Source: Nitrosopumilus sp. (GTDB lineage Archaea; Thermoproteota; Nitrososphaeria; Nitrososphaerales; Nitrosopumilaceae). Taken from it: 64,000 nt of DNA. Below the pieces are notes generated by a model. The model was not told the DNA's origin. It made no database searches and saw nothing but the letters and a program-made list of their open reading frames with translations. A program made the translations under genes and the position numbers. Positions 20,093 through 30,192 of this stretch are shown here, piece by piece. Within the stretch, counting starts at the first letter, position 1, and the number at the start of each line of letters is the position of its first letter. The stretch covers positions 480,001 through 544,000 of the forward strand of contig OY763927.2 of NCBI GenBank assembly GCA_963667665.2, in the 5' to 3' direction.

Positions 20093-20318
20093 AAAATTAT
20101 CAAATTAATGCTTTCGAATTTTATTTGTATTGACCTAAATAAGAAAGAGAATTAGGGCTAACTGAAATTCCAAAAATTAGTTTTATTTTTAATTATTTAT
20201 TAAACAAATGTTTGAACATTTATGGTAATTTCTTTTATATCTTGAGGCCTACATAGTTGTGACGCCTTCGTTTAGTGGTCTAGGCATGCTATAAACGATC
20301 ACTACTCCAAGACGTCGT

Positions 20319-20468
20319 TTAATCTTGTTTTTTCAATAGTGCTTCTTCAGGTGTTTTTTGCTTGTTTGATTCCCAATGCCAACTATGATGCTTTTTCCAA
20401 TGCATGTCTAATTCTTCTGTAGTTGGTTCTTTTCCAAGTGGACTCCCACATAATTTACATTGTTTCAT
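20319..20468 (-). CDS. small C2H2-like Zn-finger protein
   Basis: Hand translation MKQCKLCG...HWKKHHSWHWE...KKQD*. Confidence 0.65.
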   Translation of the reverse strand: MKQCKLCGSPLGKEPTTEELDMHWKKHHSWHWESNKQKTPEEALLKKQD

Positions 20469-20583
20469 TTTTTGAATCCTTTATTTTTTTCTTTTTTGGT
20501 TTAATTACTGGATGACACTACAAGAAAATTCTCATCATCACCCATCAAGTATATTTGTAAATTATACAAAATTAAGAGTTTTG

Positions 20584-20922
20584 TTATTTTCTTTTTTTCT
20601 TAAACGAACTAAATTTTTCTCTTTTTCTTTTTCTTTCTAAACCCATAATAGAATATATTTTTCCAGGTTCACAAAGTTTCATTTCTCCTGTAAATTCATC
20701 ATGAATTGATTCTAGTGAACCATTGGACAAAAATTCTCCTACAATATCCCATGTTCGGCTTTCTGAAATTTCAAATTTATATGGAATTGTTGAAACTTTG
20801 GTAAAAAAACCACTCTTTGAATTTCTTAAAATAAAATTTTCAATTTTTTGCTCTATGCTCAAAGAAGGCTCTCTTCTTTTGAATCTCTTGAATGGTTTTC
20901 TCTCTGACAATGTTTTTCTCAA
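20584..20922 (-). CDS. basic hypothetical protein (possible wHTH)
   Basis: 112 aa, Lys/Arg-rich termini. Confidence 0.6.
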   Translation of the reverse strand: MRKTLSERKPFKRFKRREPSLSIEQKIENFILRNSKSGFFTKVSTIPYKFEISESRTWDIVGEFLSNGSLESIHDEFTGEMKLCEPGKIYSIMGLERKRKREKFSSFKKKRK

Positions 20923-20945
20923 TATTTGCTAGTATTTTAGCTAAA

Positions 20946-21536
20946 TTATTTGGAATGTATTGTATCTGGATCATTATTTCCAGGCAAATACTTGTCTCCT
21001 AGATTATTTTTCATTTTTTCATCAAATTCTTCTTGTAGTCTTGTTAGATAAATTTCAGCTTCTGTCTCATCATCTGGAATTCCTGTATCAGTATCATAAT
21101 TGAAACCAGTAGCTAAATGATAAAATTCCTCAAAGAATTCTTTACAGTCAATTACATCTGCTTTGATATCTATTGACATCACCAAAAAATCATTTTCTAT
21201 TCTAAAATCGAGACAAACCTCTTCATCAATCATAGTATCTACTAACACTGACATGAGATATGGTATGTGTTGTTCCTCTACTTTCCTTTGACCTTTATTT
21301 GCAATCCATAATTCATTACCTTCTGATAAATGATCAAAAGTTCTAACTGTAAGATCTCTGATATCTGAATCCGTATATGCTAATTTTGAATCCCATGATT
21401 TTACACTATAATTTTCTGGTTCTGCATATAATACATCAAATCTTAAATTTTCATTTTTCTGTTCAAATTCCCATACCTGTTTATTAGTCCACATGGGTGA
21501 AAATTTTTCTATTAATTTTTTTGTTATTTGGTTCAA
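20946..21536 (-). CDS. acidic hypothetical protein
   Basis: 196-aa ORF. Confidence 0.65.
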   Translation of the reverse strand: MNQITKKLIEKFSPMWTNKQVWEFEQKNENLRFDVLYAEPENYSVKSWDSKLAYTDSDIRDLTVRTFDHLSEGNELWIANKGQRKVEEQHIPYLMSVLVDTMIDEEVCLDFRIENDFLVMSIDIKADVIDCKEFFEEFYHLATGFNYDTDTGIPDDETEAEIYLTRLQEEFDEKMKNNLGDKYLPGNNDPDTIHSK

Positions 21537-21578
21537 TGATTATTTCTTATCTATCTGCTGTTTAATCTTTATCTTGAA

Positions 21579-21788
21579 TTAATTATTAATTCCTGATTTG
21601 AGAAATTCTAGTGTACATTCTGCAAGTTCTTTGTCAGAATGTTTTTTGATTTCATGTTTACAATTAGGACAAATCCCGTTCTTTTCTTCTGCAAATTCTT
21701 CTCCTACTTGTTTCATACAGCATTCCATTAATTCTGTTGTTGAATGAGACTCCATTGCTAACTTACAAGTAGGACATTCTGTCATCAT
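21579..21788 (-). CDS. small protein with two CxxC..H..C Zn motifs
   Basis: CPTC..HS..EL.EC and CPNC..HS..EL.EC internal duplication. Confidence 0.7.
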   Translation of the reverse strand: MMTECPTCKLAMESHSTTELMECCMKQVGEEFAEEKNGICPNCKHEIKKHSDKELAECTLEFLKSGINN

Positions 21789-22083
21789 TTTCTTTCAATT
21801 AGTTATTGATAATATGTATTTAATTTATTGAAAACTTGTTCTATTTTTTTAAATCAGTAAAAAATAATCCTTGCTAATTCTGGCCACAGATAAATTGGTA
21901 ATCAATGCCGTTTTGAGATTACCAACATCCCTTCAATACTATGGCAATATTTTATCTTGAGAATAACTTTTAAAATTAAAAAAGTATGTAAAAATTGATT
22001 TAACTAATCAAAAAATTCAATCCAGCCTACGTTTTGTCTTTTTGATAGAAAGTTTTAGTTATTGATAAATTCTTATCTGAATA

Positions 22084-22983
22084 TTGAAGGCAATTTTTGT
22101 TATAATTGTGGTAGTAGCAATATTTGGCTATATGTGGTATTCTGATTCTTTACCCTTTGATTTTCAAAATCCAACAACTGTATTGTCTCCCATTCCTGAA
22201 AAAATTCAACAAATTTCAAGCGTAATTATATCAAGTGAAAATGAAATAGTCTATTACTCTTTTGAAGATGTACCTTCAATACCTGATAAACAAATTCCTG
22301 TTGATGCATTAAAAAAAGCAATAGAAACCTGGGAATCAATCAACCCTAATTTAGAATTTATACAATCTGAAAACTCTAACATTGAGATTAGGTGGCAAAC
22401 ATATGCATCCTCAACACATACTGGACTGGCCACATGTAGTTCTGTATTATTTGGGATTCTAAGTAACTGTGTATTGGATATCTCTGTTGGCGTTGAGGAT
22501 TGTAATGGTAATTTTGTTCAAGATGATGAAAATATGGTGACCAATATTTTAATGCACGAAATTGGCCATTCACTAAAACTTGGACATACTAGTGAAATTG
22601 GTCATTTGATGTATTCTACTCAATCACCTGAAATAATTTTTGATACTAAAGGATATGCAGTTCCTGACCGATTCGATGAACTTTATGTTGGTCAGCAAAT
22701 ATTGGTTCAACAAGAAAAAGAAATTAGAGCAGAACTTGAATCACTTGATATCAAAATATCCAGAGAACAATCACAATATGATGAATATTATAAACAATAC
22801 GAATACTATGAAGGAAAAACACTTTCCCCTTCTGATTATAAAAAGGCAGAAAGAGCATTTGATAATCTAAATTCTCAAACTGAAAAAGTCAATACAATGA
22901 TTAATCAACAAAACCAACTAATAGATCAATTCAATGAAATTATCATACAACTTGGTTGTAATCCTAACTTTCAAATCACATAG
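22084..22983 (+). CDS. matrixin-family (M10-like) zinc metalloprotease with coiled-coil tail
   Basis: N-terminal signal/TM; HEIGHSLKLGH followed by Met-turn LMY. Confidence 0.88.
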   Translation: MKAIFVIIVVVAIFGYMWYSDSLPFDFQNPTTVLSPIPEKIQQISSVIISSENEIVYYSFEDVPSIPDKQIPVDALKKAIETWESINPNLEFIQSENSNIEIRWQTYASSTHTGLATCSSVLFGILSNCVLDISVGVEDCNGNFVQDDENMVTNILMHEIGHSLKLGHTSEIGHLMYSTQSPEIIFDTKGYAVPDRFDELYVGQQILVQQEKEIRAELESLDIKISREQSQYDEYYKQYEYYEGKTLSPSDYKKAERAFDNLNSQTEKVNTMINQQNQLIDQFNEIIIQLGCNPNFQIT

Positions 22984-23154
22984 TGATTATCCAAATAATA
23001 AAATAAATCCAACAGCTAATGCTGCAACTGAAATTCCCATAGTTACATAAAATTTCATATTCATAATAATGACTAACATCATCTAAAATTAATACCTAAT
23101 TGAGGCTATTCTTCCAAATGAATTTCTAAAATAATAGAATAAGAAAGAAAATTC

Positions 23155-23229
23155 ATGTCTAAAAAAGTGATATTGATAGCAACAATTGGAATAGCTTTAT
23201 TGATGATTGGATTATTATTTTTTTACTAG
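23155..23229 (+). CDS. 24-aa single-TM micro-protein
   Basis: MSKKVILIATIGIALLMIGLLFFY*. Confidence 0.4.
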   Translation: MSKKVILIATIGIALLMIGLLFFY

Positions 23230-23284
23230 AAAAAGTAGATTCTAAACTCCAATACGCTTAAGTTAACACAGAATTTAGAAATAC

Positions 23285-23428
23285 ATGAACTGTCATCAAA
23301 AAAGTGAAGCTCATCTTTGGAGATATTCTAAGACCAATAAAACACGTAGATGTCTAAAATGCAAATCTTTAATCAAAATTACCAAAGAAGAATTCGCCCT
23401 TAAATGGGGTATGGAAAAAAGAAAATAG
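23285..23428 (+). CDS. small Zn-binding protein
   Basis: MNCHQKSEAHLW...RRCLKC...; CAATACGCTTAA promoter-like motif upstream. Confidence 0.55.
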   Translation: MNCHQKSEAHLWRYSKTNKTRRCLKCKSLIKITKEEFALKWGMEKRK

Positions 23429-23495
23429 TCTAGTTGACTATGCTTTTTTCTAAGTTATGCTAATTGATATATCCTATGTACGGGTATTGTTTACC

Positions 23496-23630
23496 ATGAC
23501 TAAATCAAAAAATAAGATTAGGTCACAAAAAAACAAGAACAACAAAACAAAGCCTGAAAATCTAATGAAAAAACAATACTTGGAATCTTACGAAGAATTA
23601 AAAAAATCCATAAAAGACCAGCAAACATAA
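23496..23630 (+). CDS. basic micro-protein
   Basis: MTKSKNKIRSQK...KDQQT*. Confidence 0.4.
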   Translation: MTKSKNKIRSQKNKNNKTKPENLMKKQYLESYEELKKSIKDQQT

Positions 23631-23833
23631 GAAAGAATCTAAATCAAAAAAATAGTTTATTCTCCTAAACTTGGTTAATTTGAAATTGTTTTAGTGGTAC
23701 GTTACAAGCTTTAGATTCTAAACTCTTTTTTAATCAAAATTAACAAAAAATGGCTCAAGACTACGTACCTGTGCGTACTCTCGGATCAAAGTCAAACAGT
23801 AAACCTTTATCCACTTACTCGAAATGTTTGACT

Positions 23834-23914
23834 ATGGCAGTAACTCGAACACAAAGACATTATTGTAACAAGTGTCATCTAAAACGCCCTAAATGTATCT
23901 GTAAAAAACAGTAA
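23834..23914 (+). CDS. Cys-rich micro-protein
   Basis: MAVTRTQRHYCNKCHLKRPKCICKKQ*; an in-frame upstream ATG at 23750 is an alternative start. Confidence 0.45.
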   Translation: MAVTRTQRHYCNKCHLKRPKCICKKQ

Positions 23915-24422
23915 ACGAGATTAATAATTCTTAGATTCTAAACTTTTTTGAGCCTGATTTAGAGTAGTTTAGAAGGAATTGTGTTAATAAAATTAATAGT
24001 TTAGAAATTGGAAAGCAAGCAAGTATGACATCTTTTTTGCATCGACTCTTTGGGAGTTACATCCAGATATCAGACCCGCAATCCTCTTGCTTCCAATTTT
24101 TTTGATATTTTGCATTTTCAATTTTTTTTTAAAATTTAACGTGTCTTGATATTTGATCAAAATGAGTTAAAAAAATTATCCAGTTTTGATTTTTCAGAAA
24201 AATTGGGCCTAATTTTCATTGAGAATATTATCTTAGGCATGAATGTTTGTTCAGTTTGCACAAACAATTTGTTATAGTTTATCTATTCTTACCTAAATCG
24301 AGTCATCCGTTTGACGGCATTCCTACGTTTGCCTTAATTGACCATACCCTAGAATTCATTAGCCGTCAAACATCCTTTTATTAACAAAAAATTTTTCAAT
24401 TCCAAAAACTATCAAAGATTAC

Positions 24423-24626
24423 TTGATCATAATCTGTAAAGGCACTCAAATTAATCATAGATTAGAAAAATGTACTTTTCTTCATGATGGTAATTGGGAG
24501 GATGTAGAATTAGTTGAACATCAAAAGTACCATGAATCACTTGAAAATGAAAACCAATCATGGTTAGGATTTGATGTACCACAATCTTCTGGAAAACTCA
24601 GTGGTCGTGATGGAAAAAGAATTTAA
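24423..24626 (+). CDS. hypothetical protein (C/H motif)
   Basis: ICKG...KCTF...HQKYH. Confidence 0.6.
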   Translation: MIIICKGTQINHRLEKCTFLHDGNWEDVELVEHQKYHESLENENQSWLGFDVPQSSGKLSGRDGKRI

Positions 24627-24650
24627 TTCTCACGATGAATCTGGTTCAAT

Positions 24651-25187
24651 ATGAGTGAAAATAATAATCTAGTTTGGTCAAATGACTTTTTTCTTAGATG
24701 GTCTGATTTTAACGCAGAATCAAATCCTGCAGCATTTGAGGATTCTCATAGTGTAATTAAATATCGCTATACATGGACAGTAAATTCTGATGAAAAAGAA
24801 AGTCAAATTATATTTTTCATTGATAATATTCAACTTTTTGTTGAATTTCATCATGTTTTATCATGGGTTCGACTTTCACAAGCCACTGATAATTTATTAA
24901 AACATGAACAAGGACATTTTGATCTAGCTGAATTAATAAAACGTGAATATCTTGAAAAATTAAAGAATAAATTTTATGAAAAACAATTTCCTACAAGAGG
25001 TAAAAATGAAGATCAAAGAAAGCAGTTTGCAAGAGAAGATTCTGGTAAAATGATTGCCGACGAGGTTCAAAGACTTGAAGTGATTTTATCTCAACGACGT
25101 AAAGAATATGATGAACAAACAAATTTTGGTCAAAATTTAGAAAAACAATCTGACTATGACTCTATATTTGATAAATTAAAATTATGA
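24651..25187 (+). CDS. DUF922-like predicted Zn-dependent protease
   Basis: LRWSDF, SWV, LLKHEQGHFDLAE, YDEQTNFG. Confidence 0.8.
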   Translation: MSENNNLVWSNDFFLRWSDFNAESNPAAFEDSHSVIKYRYTWTVNSDEKESQIIFFIDNIQLFVEFHHVLSWVRLSQATDNLLKHEQGHFDLAELIKREYLEKLKNKFYEKQFPTRGKNEDQRKQFAREDSGKMIADEVQRLEVILSQRRKEYDEQTNFGQNLEKQSDYDSIFDKLKL

Positions 25188-25207
25188 TTCTTTTACATAT
25201 TGTAGGG

Positions 25208-25468
25208 TTATCGTCCAATAATTTTATTTTCTGGAATTGAATTAATGTAATTAACCAGACTTCTATAGTATTTTAAATGAAAATCTAAATCTCTAATCTC
25301 TGTTTGTTTTAATTCTTCAAGTTCTGGACCAAAATCTCTTTTGTCTGTTTGAATGTGATTTAATGTGTCTTCATTTATTTCAATCATGTGAAAAAGACTA
25401 TGAAGCACTTCTCCTTTTGTGAGTGTTTTATCACATGATTTTTTTAATAACGTCTCAACCCAGTCCAT
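25208..25468 (-). CDS. hypothetical protein
   Basis: 86-aa helical ORF. Confidence 0.6.
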   Translation of the reverse strand: MDWVETLLKKSCDKTLTKGEVLHSLFHMIEINEDTLNHIQTDKRDFGPELEELKQTEIRDLDFHLKYYRSLVNYINSIPENKIIGR

Positions 25469-25572
25469 ATCAATTCAGAACAGAATTATTATATCCACTC
25501 CTAAATGTGAAATTTTCAACCTTTACTCTAATTTTCTTTAGTGTTTTTAATTGACAATAATTTTATAAAAAA

Positions 25573-25704
25573 TTAACTCTCTTTTTCTTTTTTCTTTCTT
25601 TCTGTTATTTCCTTATTTCTCTCAATATCTGAATGTACTTCAACATGTTCAAAGAGCTGCTCTTTTGAATCAAATAATTGTTCACAGTAGTAACATTGGT
25701 GCAT
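25573..25704 (-). CDS. C2H2 Zn-finger micro-protein
   Basis: MHQCYYCEQLFDSKEQLFEHVEVH... Confidence 0.7.
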   Translation of the reverse strand: MHQCYYCEQLFDSKEQLFEHVEVHSDIERNKEITERKKKEKES

Positions 25705-25816
25705 TGTATAATTACATATATCTTGAATAATTACTTTTTGTGTAAAATTCAAGATTTTTTCCTAAAAATTGGTTTTAGATTAATTTTTCAACAGGTCTTT
25801 AATTAAATGATGATTT

Positions 25817-26152
25817 TCAAAGTGTCTCTAATTCAATTTCAGAATTACATGTTGGTAATTTACCTGATTCATTTTTGAATTCTTCAATTAATTGTAGTTG
25901 GCGTTCTTTTGGGTTATCTGTAAATTCTCTTTGATAGAATTGGGTTTTTTGTTTACATTCATTTTCTTCAAAATCATTATCAACATATTTTGTAAATGTC
26001 TCTTCCAGATTTTTTGTTTCTCCAATGAATATTACCTCTTTGCTTCTATTATAGAATACATATACTCCTGGAACTGGCTTTACAAATTTGGCACTATCAA
26101 TCCAAACCCTCATTTTGTCATCTAGTAATTCCATGATCTGAGATAATTTCAC
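25817..26152 (-). CDS. GIY-YIG-like domain protein
   Basis: PGVYVFY...VIFIGET.NL, C-terminal LPTCN. Confidence 0.7.
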   Translation of the reverse strand: MKLSQIMELLDDKMRVWIDSAKFVKPVPGVYVFYNRSKEVIFIGETKNLEETFTKYVDNDFEENECKQKTQFYQREFTDNPKERQLQLIEEFKNESGKLPTCNSEIELETL

Positions 26153-26233
26153 TACATATTAAACTAGATTATGAAAATTTTGAAATTACAATAACCTTCA
26201 TGCTTTTAATATTAAGAAAATAGAGCAATTACC

Positions 26234-27913
26234 CTGTCACTTTTAGAAAAATTCCCTGAGCATTTCTCTCCACGTGAAATCCAAAAAGAGATTCTAGCTG
26301 AAATTGAAGAGAAATTCAAATCTGGATATAAAAAAATTATTTTATGTGCTCCCACTGGAGCTGGAAAATCTCTTGTTGGGGCTACTGTTTCTAGTTATTT
26401 TGATAGCTCCTTTACTGTAACTGCATCAAAACATCTTCAGGATCAATATATCAAAGATATTCCATTTCTAAAACCAGTTAAGGGTAAACAGAATTTTTCA
26501 TGTCTAAAATTAATGTCTTCTGAGAAAGTTGATAATACTAGAAGAGCCATGAGGTGGGGTCTGACATGTGACAAAGGACAATGTCAAGAAAGAGTAAGTA
26601 AAAATGGTAAAGAAGTAATTGAGATTTGTAAATTCAAGCCTACAATAAAACAAGTTGAAGAAAATACTCAGGACTCACAGTCTTGTCATTATTATTTGCA
26701 AAAATATGATGCTCTTGTATCAAAACATTCTCTATGGAATTATCATGCATTTTTTCAAATTATGAAATTTAACAAGAAACTCTTTGAGGATTACCTTGAT
26801 AGAAAAGTGTCTGTCTTTGATGAAGCACATAAAATTGAAGATCAAATAATACAATTTATTGGATTTGATATTTTTAGTGGGCAAGTAGATGAATGTAATC
26901 TTAATTCTGACAAATATGATTTCACAGATTTAGATTCTATGATTCAATTAACTGATGACATTGCTTATTCATATGCAAAGAAAATTAAGGATATCAAAGA
27001 AAGTTCTGCGTTTCAAAATAACCCTGATTTTGAGTTAATTACAAGACTAGAAAGACGTTTTGATAAAGCTGCCCAAGCAAAAATTGACATCATGTCTGAT
27101 AAAGATAATTTTGTGGTAAATGATCCTGTGAAAGATTTGAATGGAAATTTCAAAACCATTTCTGTAAAGCCGATTGATGTTTCAAAATTTGCAAATACTT
27201 TCTTTGAAACAGATTATCAAATTTTTATGTCTGCTACAATTGACAAATCAAGTTTTTGTGAAAATATGGGATTAGATAATGATGCTATTGCATTTGTGGA
27301 TAGCCAAAAATCCCCATTTCCAATTGAACATAGAACAATTGACCTTCTTAATATTAAACGACTGAGTTATGGCTCTACTGAAGATGATGAAGTGGAAGTA
27401 ATCAAAACAATTGATAGAATATTAGATGAGCATGCAAATGATAGGGGTTTGATATTGACATCTTCTATTCCACGATGTCAAAAAATTCTTCGATATCTTT
27501 CTCCAAAAAATACTAGAAGAATTAGACTTTGTCATAGTAGAAACAAAGATGGAAAAACACAAGATGAAGTAATTTCTGAGCATGCAAATGATCCTACTGG
27601 TGTATTACTATCTTCATCACTTTGGGAAGGTGTTGATCTAAAAGATGATTTGTCTAGATTCCAAATTATTGCAAAGGTACCTTATCCTAATTATAAAGAA
27701 AAGAGAACCAAGGCAAAAATGGATAAATTTCCTTTATGGTATACATCTCAAACCTTAACTAAATTACTACATGGATTTGGTCGCTCAATTCGTAGTGAAG
27801 ATGACTGGGCAAAAACTTACGTTCTTGATACAGCAGTAAATAATGTATTTTTCAAAGCTCAGTCAATAATTCCAAAGGCATACTATGATGTTTTAGGAAT
27901 AGAAAACCTGTAG
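26234..27913 (+). CDS. DinG/Rad3/XPD-family helicase (true start upstream of the ORF-track ATG 26513)
   Basis: In-frame upstream PREIQ Q-motif and APTGAGKS Walker A; DEAH, MSAT, WEGVD, KVPYP, GRSIRS. Confidence 0.9.
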   Translation: MSLLEKFPEHFSPREIQKEILAEIEEKFKSGYKKIILCAPTGAGKSLVGATVSSYFDSSFTVTASKHLQDQYIKDIPFLKPVKGKQNFSCLKLMSSEKVDNTRRAMRWGLTCDKGQCQERVSKNGKEVIEICKFKPTIKQVEENTQDSQSCHYYLQKYDALVSKHSLWNYHAFFQIMKFNKKLFEDYLDRKVSVFDEAHKIEDQIIQFIGFDIFSGQVDECNLNSDKYDFTDLDSMIQLTDDIAYSYAKKIKDIKESSAFQNNPDFELITRLERRFDKAAQAKIDIMSDKDNFVVNDPVKDLNGNFKTISVKPIDVSKFANTFFETDYQIFMSATIDKSSFCENMGLDNDAIAFVDSQKSPFPIEHRTIDLLNIKRLSYGSTEDDEVEVIKTIDRILDEHANDRGLILTSSIPRCQKILRYLSPKNTRRIRLCHSRNKDGKTQDEVISEHANDPTGVLLSSSLWEGVDLKDDLSRFQIIAKVPYPNYKEKRTKAKMDKFPLWYTSQTLTKLLHGFGRSIRSEDDWAKTYVLDTAVNNVFFKAQSIIPKAYYDVLGIENL

Positions 27914-28019
27914 TAGATAACAGAAATTTAATTATTATAATGTAATTTTTTTCTGCCTGTTATCTCTAAAAATAATTTCTAATCGTGATCTATAAAGCTT
28001 ATGGACAAATTGTTCATTG

Positions 28020-29693
28020 TTAGAGATTTGGGCTGGTGACTGCACCATTTGCAGCAGAACCTACAAGTGTTGCATATTTAGCAAGTGCTCCAGTTGTGTA
28101 GTTTGGTTTTGGTTGTCTCCATTGATTCCTTCTAGTTTCTAGTTCTTCTTTAGATATGTTAAGATCAATTGCATTGGATTCAGTATCTATTGTTATTTCG
28201 TCACCATCTTTTACTAGAGCAATAGGACCGCCAACATATGCTTCAGGTGCAACATGACCCACCATGAATCCACGTGTCCCTCCAGAGAATCTACCATCTG
28301 TTACCATTGCAACTTTTTTTCCTAACCCTTGACCTACCAGTGCTGCAGTTGTGGATAACATCTCTCTCATTCCTGGACCTCCTTTTGGGCCTTCATATCT
28401 AATTACTACAACATCCCCCTCATCAATTTCCCCTTTTGATACTGCATCAAATGCAAATTCCTCTCTATCAAAAACACGCGCTTTCCCAGTAAATTTTGTC
28501 ATCTCTACTCCTGCTGTTTTAATTACTGCACCTTCAGGTGCTAGACTTCCTTTGAGAATAACTGCAGTTCCAACTGAGTGGAGTGGGTTTTCAATTGTTC
28601 TTACAATGCTTTGCTCTGCTTCTGAAAAGTTTATTGAAAGAAGATTCTCTTTTAAGGTTTTTCCAGTAACTGTCATACAGTTTTCATTAAGAAGTCCTTT
28701 GTCAAGTAATTTCTTTAAGACAAATGGAATTCCTCCAATTTTATCAAGTGAATTCATTACATAATTTCCTCCTGGTTTCATGTCTGCTAAATGGGGCGTT
28801 TTTCTTCTTATTCTTTCAAAATCATCATAACTCAAATCAATACCTACTTCATTTGCAAGTGCCAGTAAATGTAATATTCCATTAGTTGAACCTCCAACAG
28901 AATTCAACATTACAATTGCATTTTCAAATGCTTCAAATGATAAAATTTCTTTAGGTCTTATATTTATCTCAAGTAATTTAGCACATGCTACTCCTGTATC
29001 ATACACCATCTTTTCTCGTCTATCATCTTCAGCTGGTGGACTAGCACTTCCAGGTAACGCAAGACCAATTGCTTCAGATATTGATGCCATTGTGTTTGCA
29101 GTAAACATTCCTCCACAGGAACCTTCATTGGGACATGCTGTATTTTCAATATTTTTTAGATCTTCAAGAGTTAATTTACCAGCATCATATGCGCCAACTG
29201 CTTCATAAACATCAACTACTGTTAGCTCTTTTCCATCAAGCATTCCGGGCATTATGGTTCCACCATACACAAATACTGATGGAATATTTAGTCTGGCCAT
29301 TGCCATCATAGTTCCTGGTAGACTCTTATCACATCCTGCAATTCCTACTAGTGCATCATATTGATGTGCTCTAACCATTAATTCAATTGAATCTGCAATA
29401 ACTTCTCGAGAAATTAATGAGGATTTCATTCCTTCATGACCCATTGCAATTCCGTCACTTACTGCAATTGTTGAAAATTCTCTTGGTGTAGCACCTGTAT
29501 CTGAAACTCCTTCCTTAGCTTTTAGAGCTAGTCTAGGAAGATGAATGTTACATGGTGTTGCTTCATTTCCTGTGTGGCAAACACCAATGAATTGTTTTGC
29601 TAAATCATCATCAGTTAACCCCATAGCTTTGTACATTGCTCTGTGTGGTGCTCTGGCAGTTCCTTCTACAACATTTCTACTAGAAATTTCCAT
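28020..29693 (-). CDS. ilvD: dihydroxy-acid dehydratase
   Basis: [49 protein letters not shown]. Confidence 0.97.
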   Translation of the reverse strand: MEISSRNVVEGTARAPHRAMYKAMGLTDDDLAKQFIGVCHTGNEATPCNIHLPRLALKAKEGVSDTGATPREFSTIAVSDGIAMGHEGMKSSLISREVIADSIELMVRAHQYDALVGIAGCDKSLPGTMMAMARLNIPSVFVYGGTIMPGMLDGKELTVVDVYEAVGAYDAGKLTLEDLKNIENTACPNEGSCGGMFTANTMASISEAIGLALPGSASPPAEDDRREKMVYDTGVACAKLLEINIRPKEILSFEAFENAIVMLNSVGGSTNGILHLLALANEVGIDLSYDDFERIRRKTPHLADMKPGGNYVMNSLDKIGGIPFVLKKLLDKGLLNENCMTVTGKTLKENLLSINFSEAEQSIVRTIENPLHSVGTAVILKGSLAPEGAVIKTAGVEMTKFTGKARVFDREEFAFDAVSKGEIDEGDVVVIRYEGPKGGPGMREMLSTTAALVGQGLGKKVAMVTDGRFSGGTRGFMVGHVAPEAYVGGPIALVKDGDEITIDTESNAIDLNISKEELETRRNQWRQPKPNYTTGALAKYATLVGSAANGAVTSPNL

Positions 29694-29812
29694 AACACGT
29701 AATTTCCTGATTGCTATAATTTAGACTTTATTGAATAGCTGATAGTTTTATTATAATACAATTGGAGTTTAGATAACTCATGGGGGGGTATTTACCATTT
29801 ACCAAACCAAAT

Positions 29813-29932
29813 TTAGATTCTAAACTCTATTTGTCCTACTGGATGTTTTGAGAGTTCCTTGTGTATTGTAGCAATGGATTTTTCTTTGAAAGTTAAATCA
29901 CATCTGTAACACTTCCATGCTATGGTGTTCAT
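29813..29932 (-). CDS. C2H2 Zn-finger micro-protein
   Basis: MNTIAWKCYRCDLTF...IHKELSKH; ATG 29932 preferred to the ORF-track start. Confidence 0.7.
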   Translation of the reverse strand: MNTIAWKCYRCDLTFKEKSIATIHKELSKHPVGQIEFRI

Positions 29933-30192
29933 GTATAATCTACAACTTTGAATATAATAAGGAAATGGGTGTAAAATAGAAAAGCTACACGTCTGGTAAG
30001 GGGTCAGGGGGAAGACAAACGCTTCCCCCAATAAAACATCAACCGATGTTAGTTTGTCTATCTACATACTTGAGTAACTTTTCAAGATGACAGATTATTT
30101 TCTGAAACATCATTCACGCCATTGATCATGCATTATAAACCTAGATAAAATTAGTTGGAACTAAATCTTTTATTCAAAACTTTTTGGCTTGT

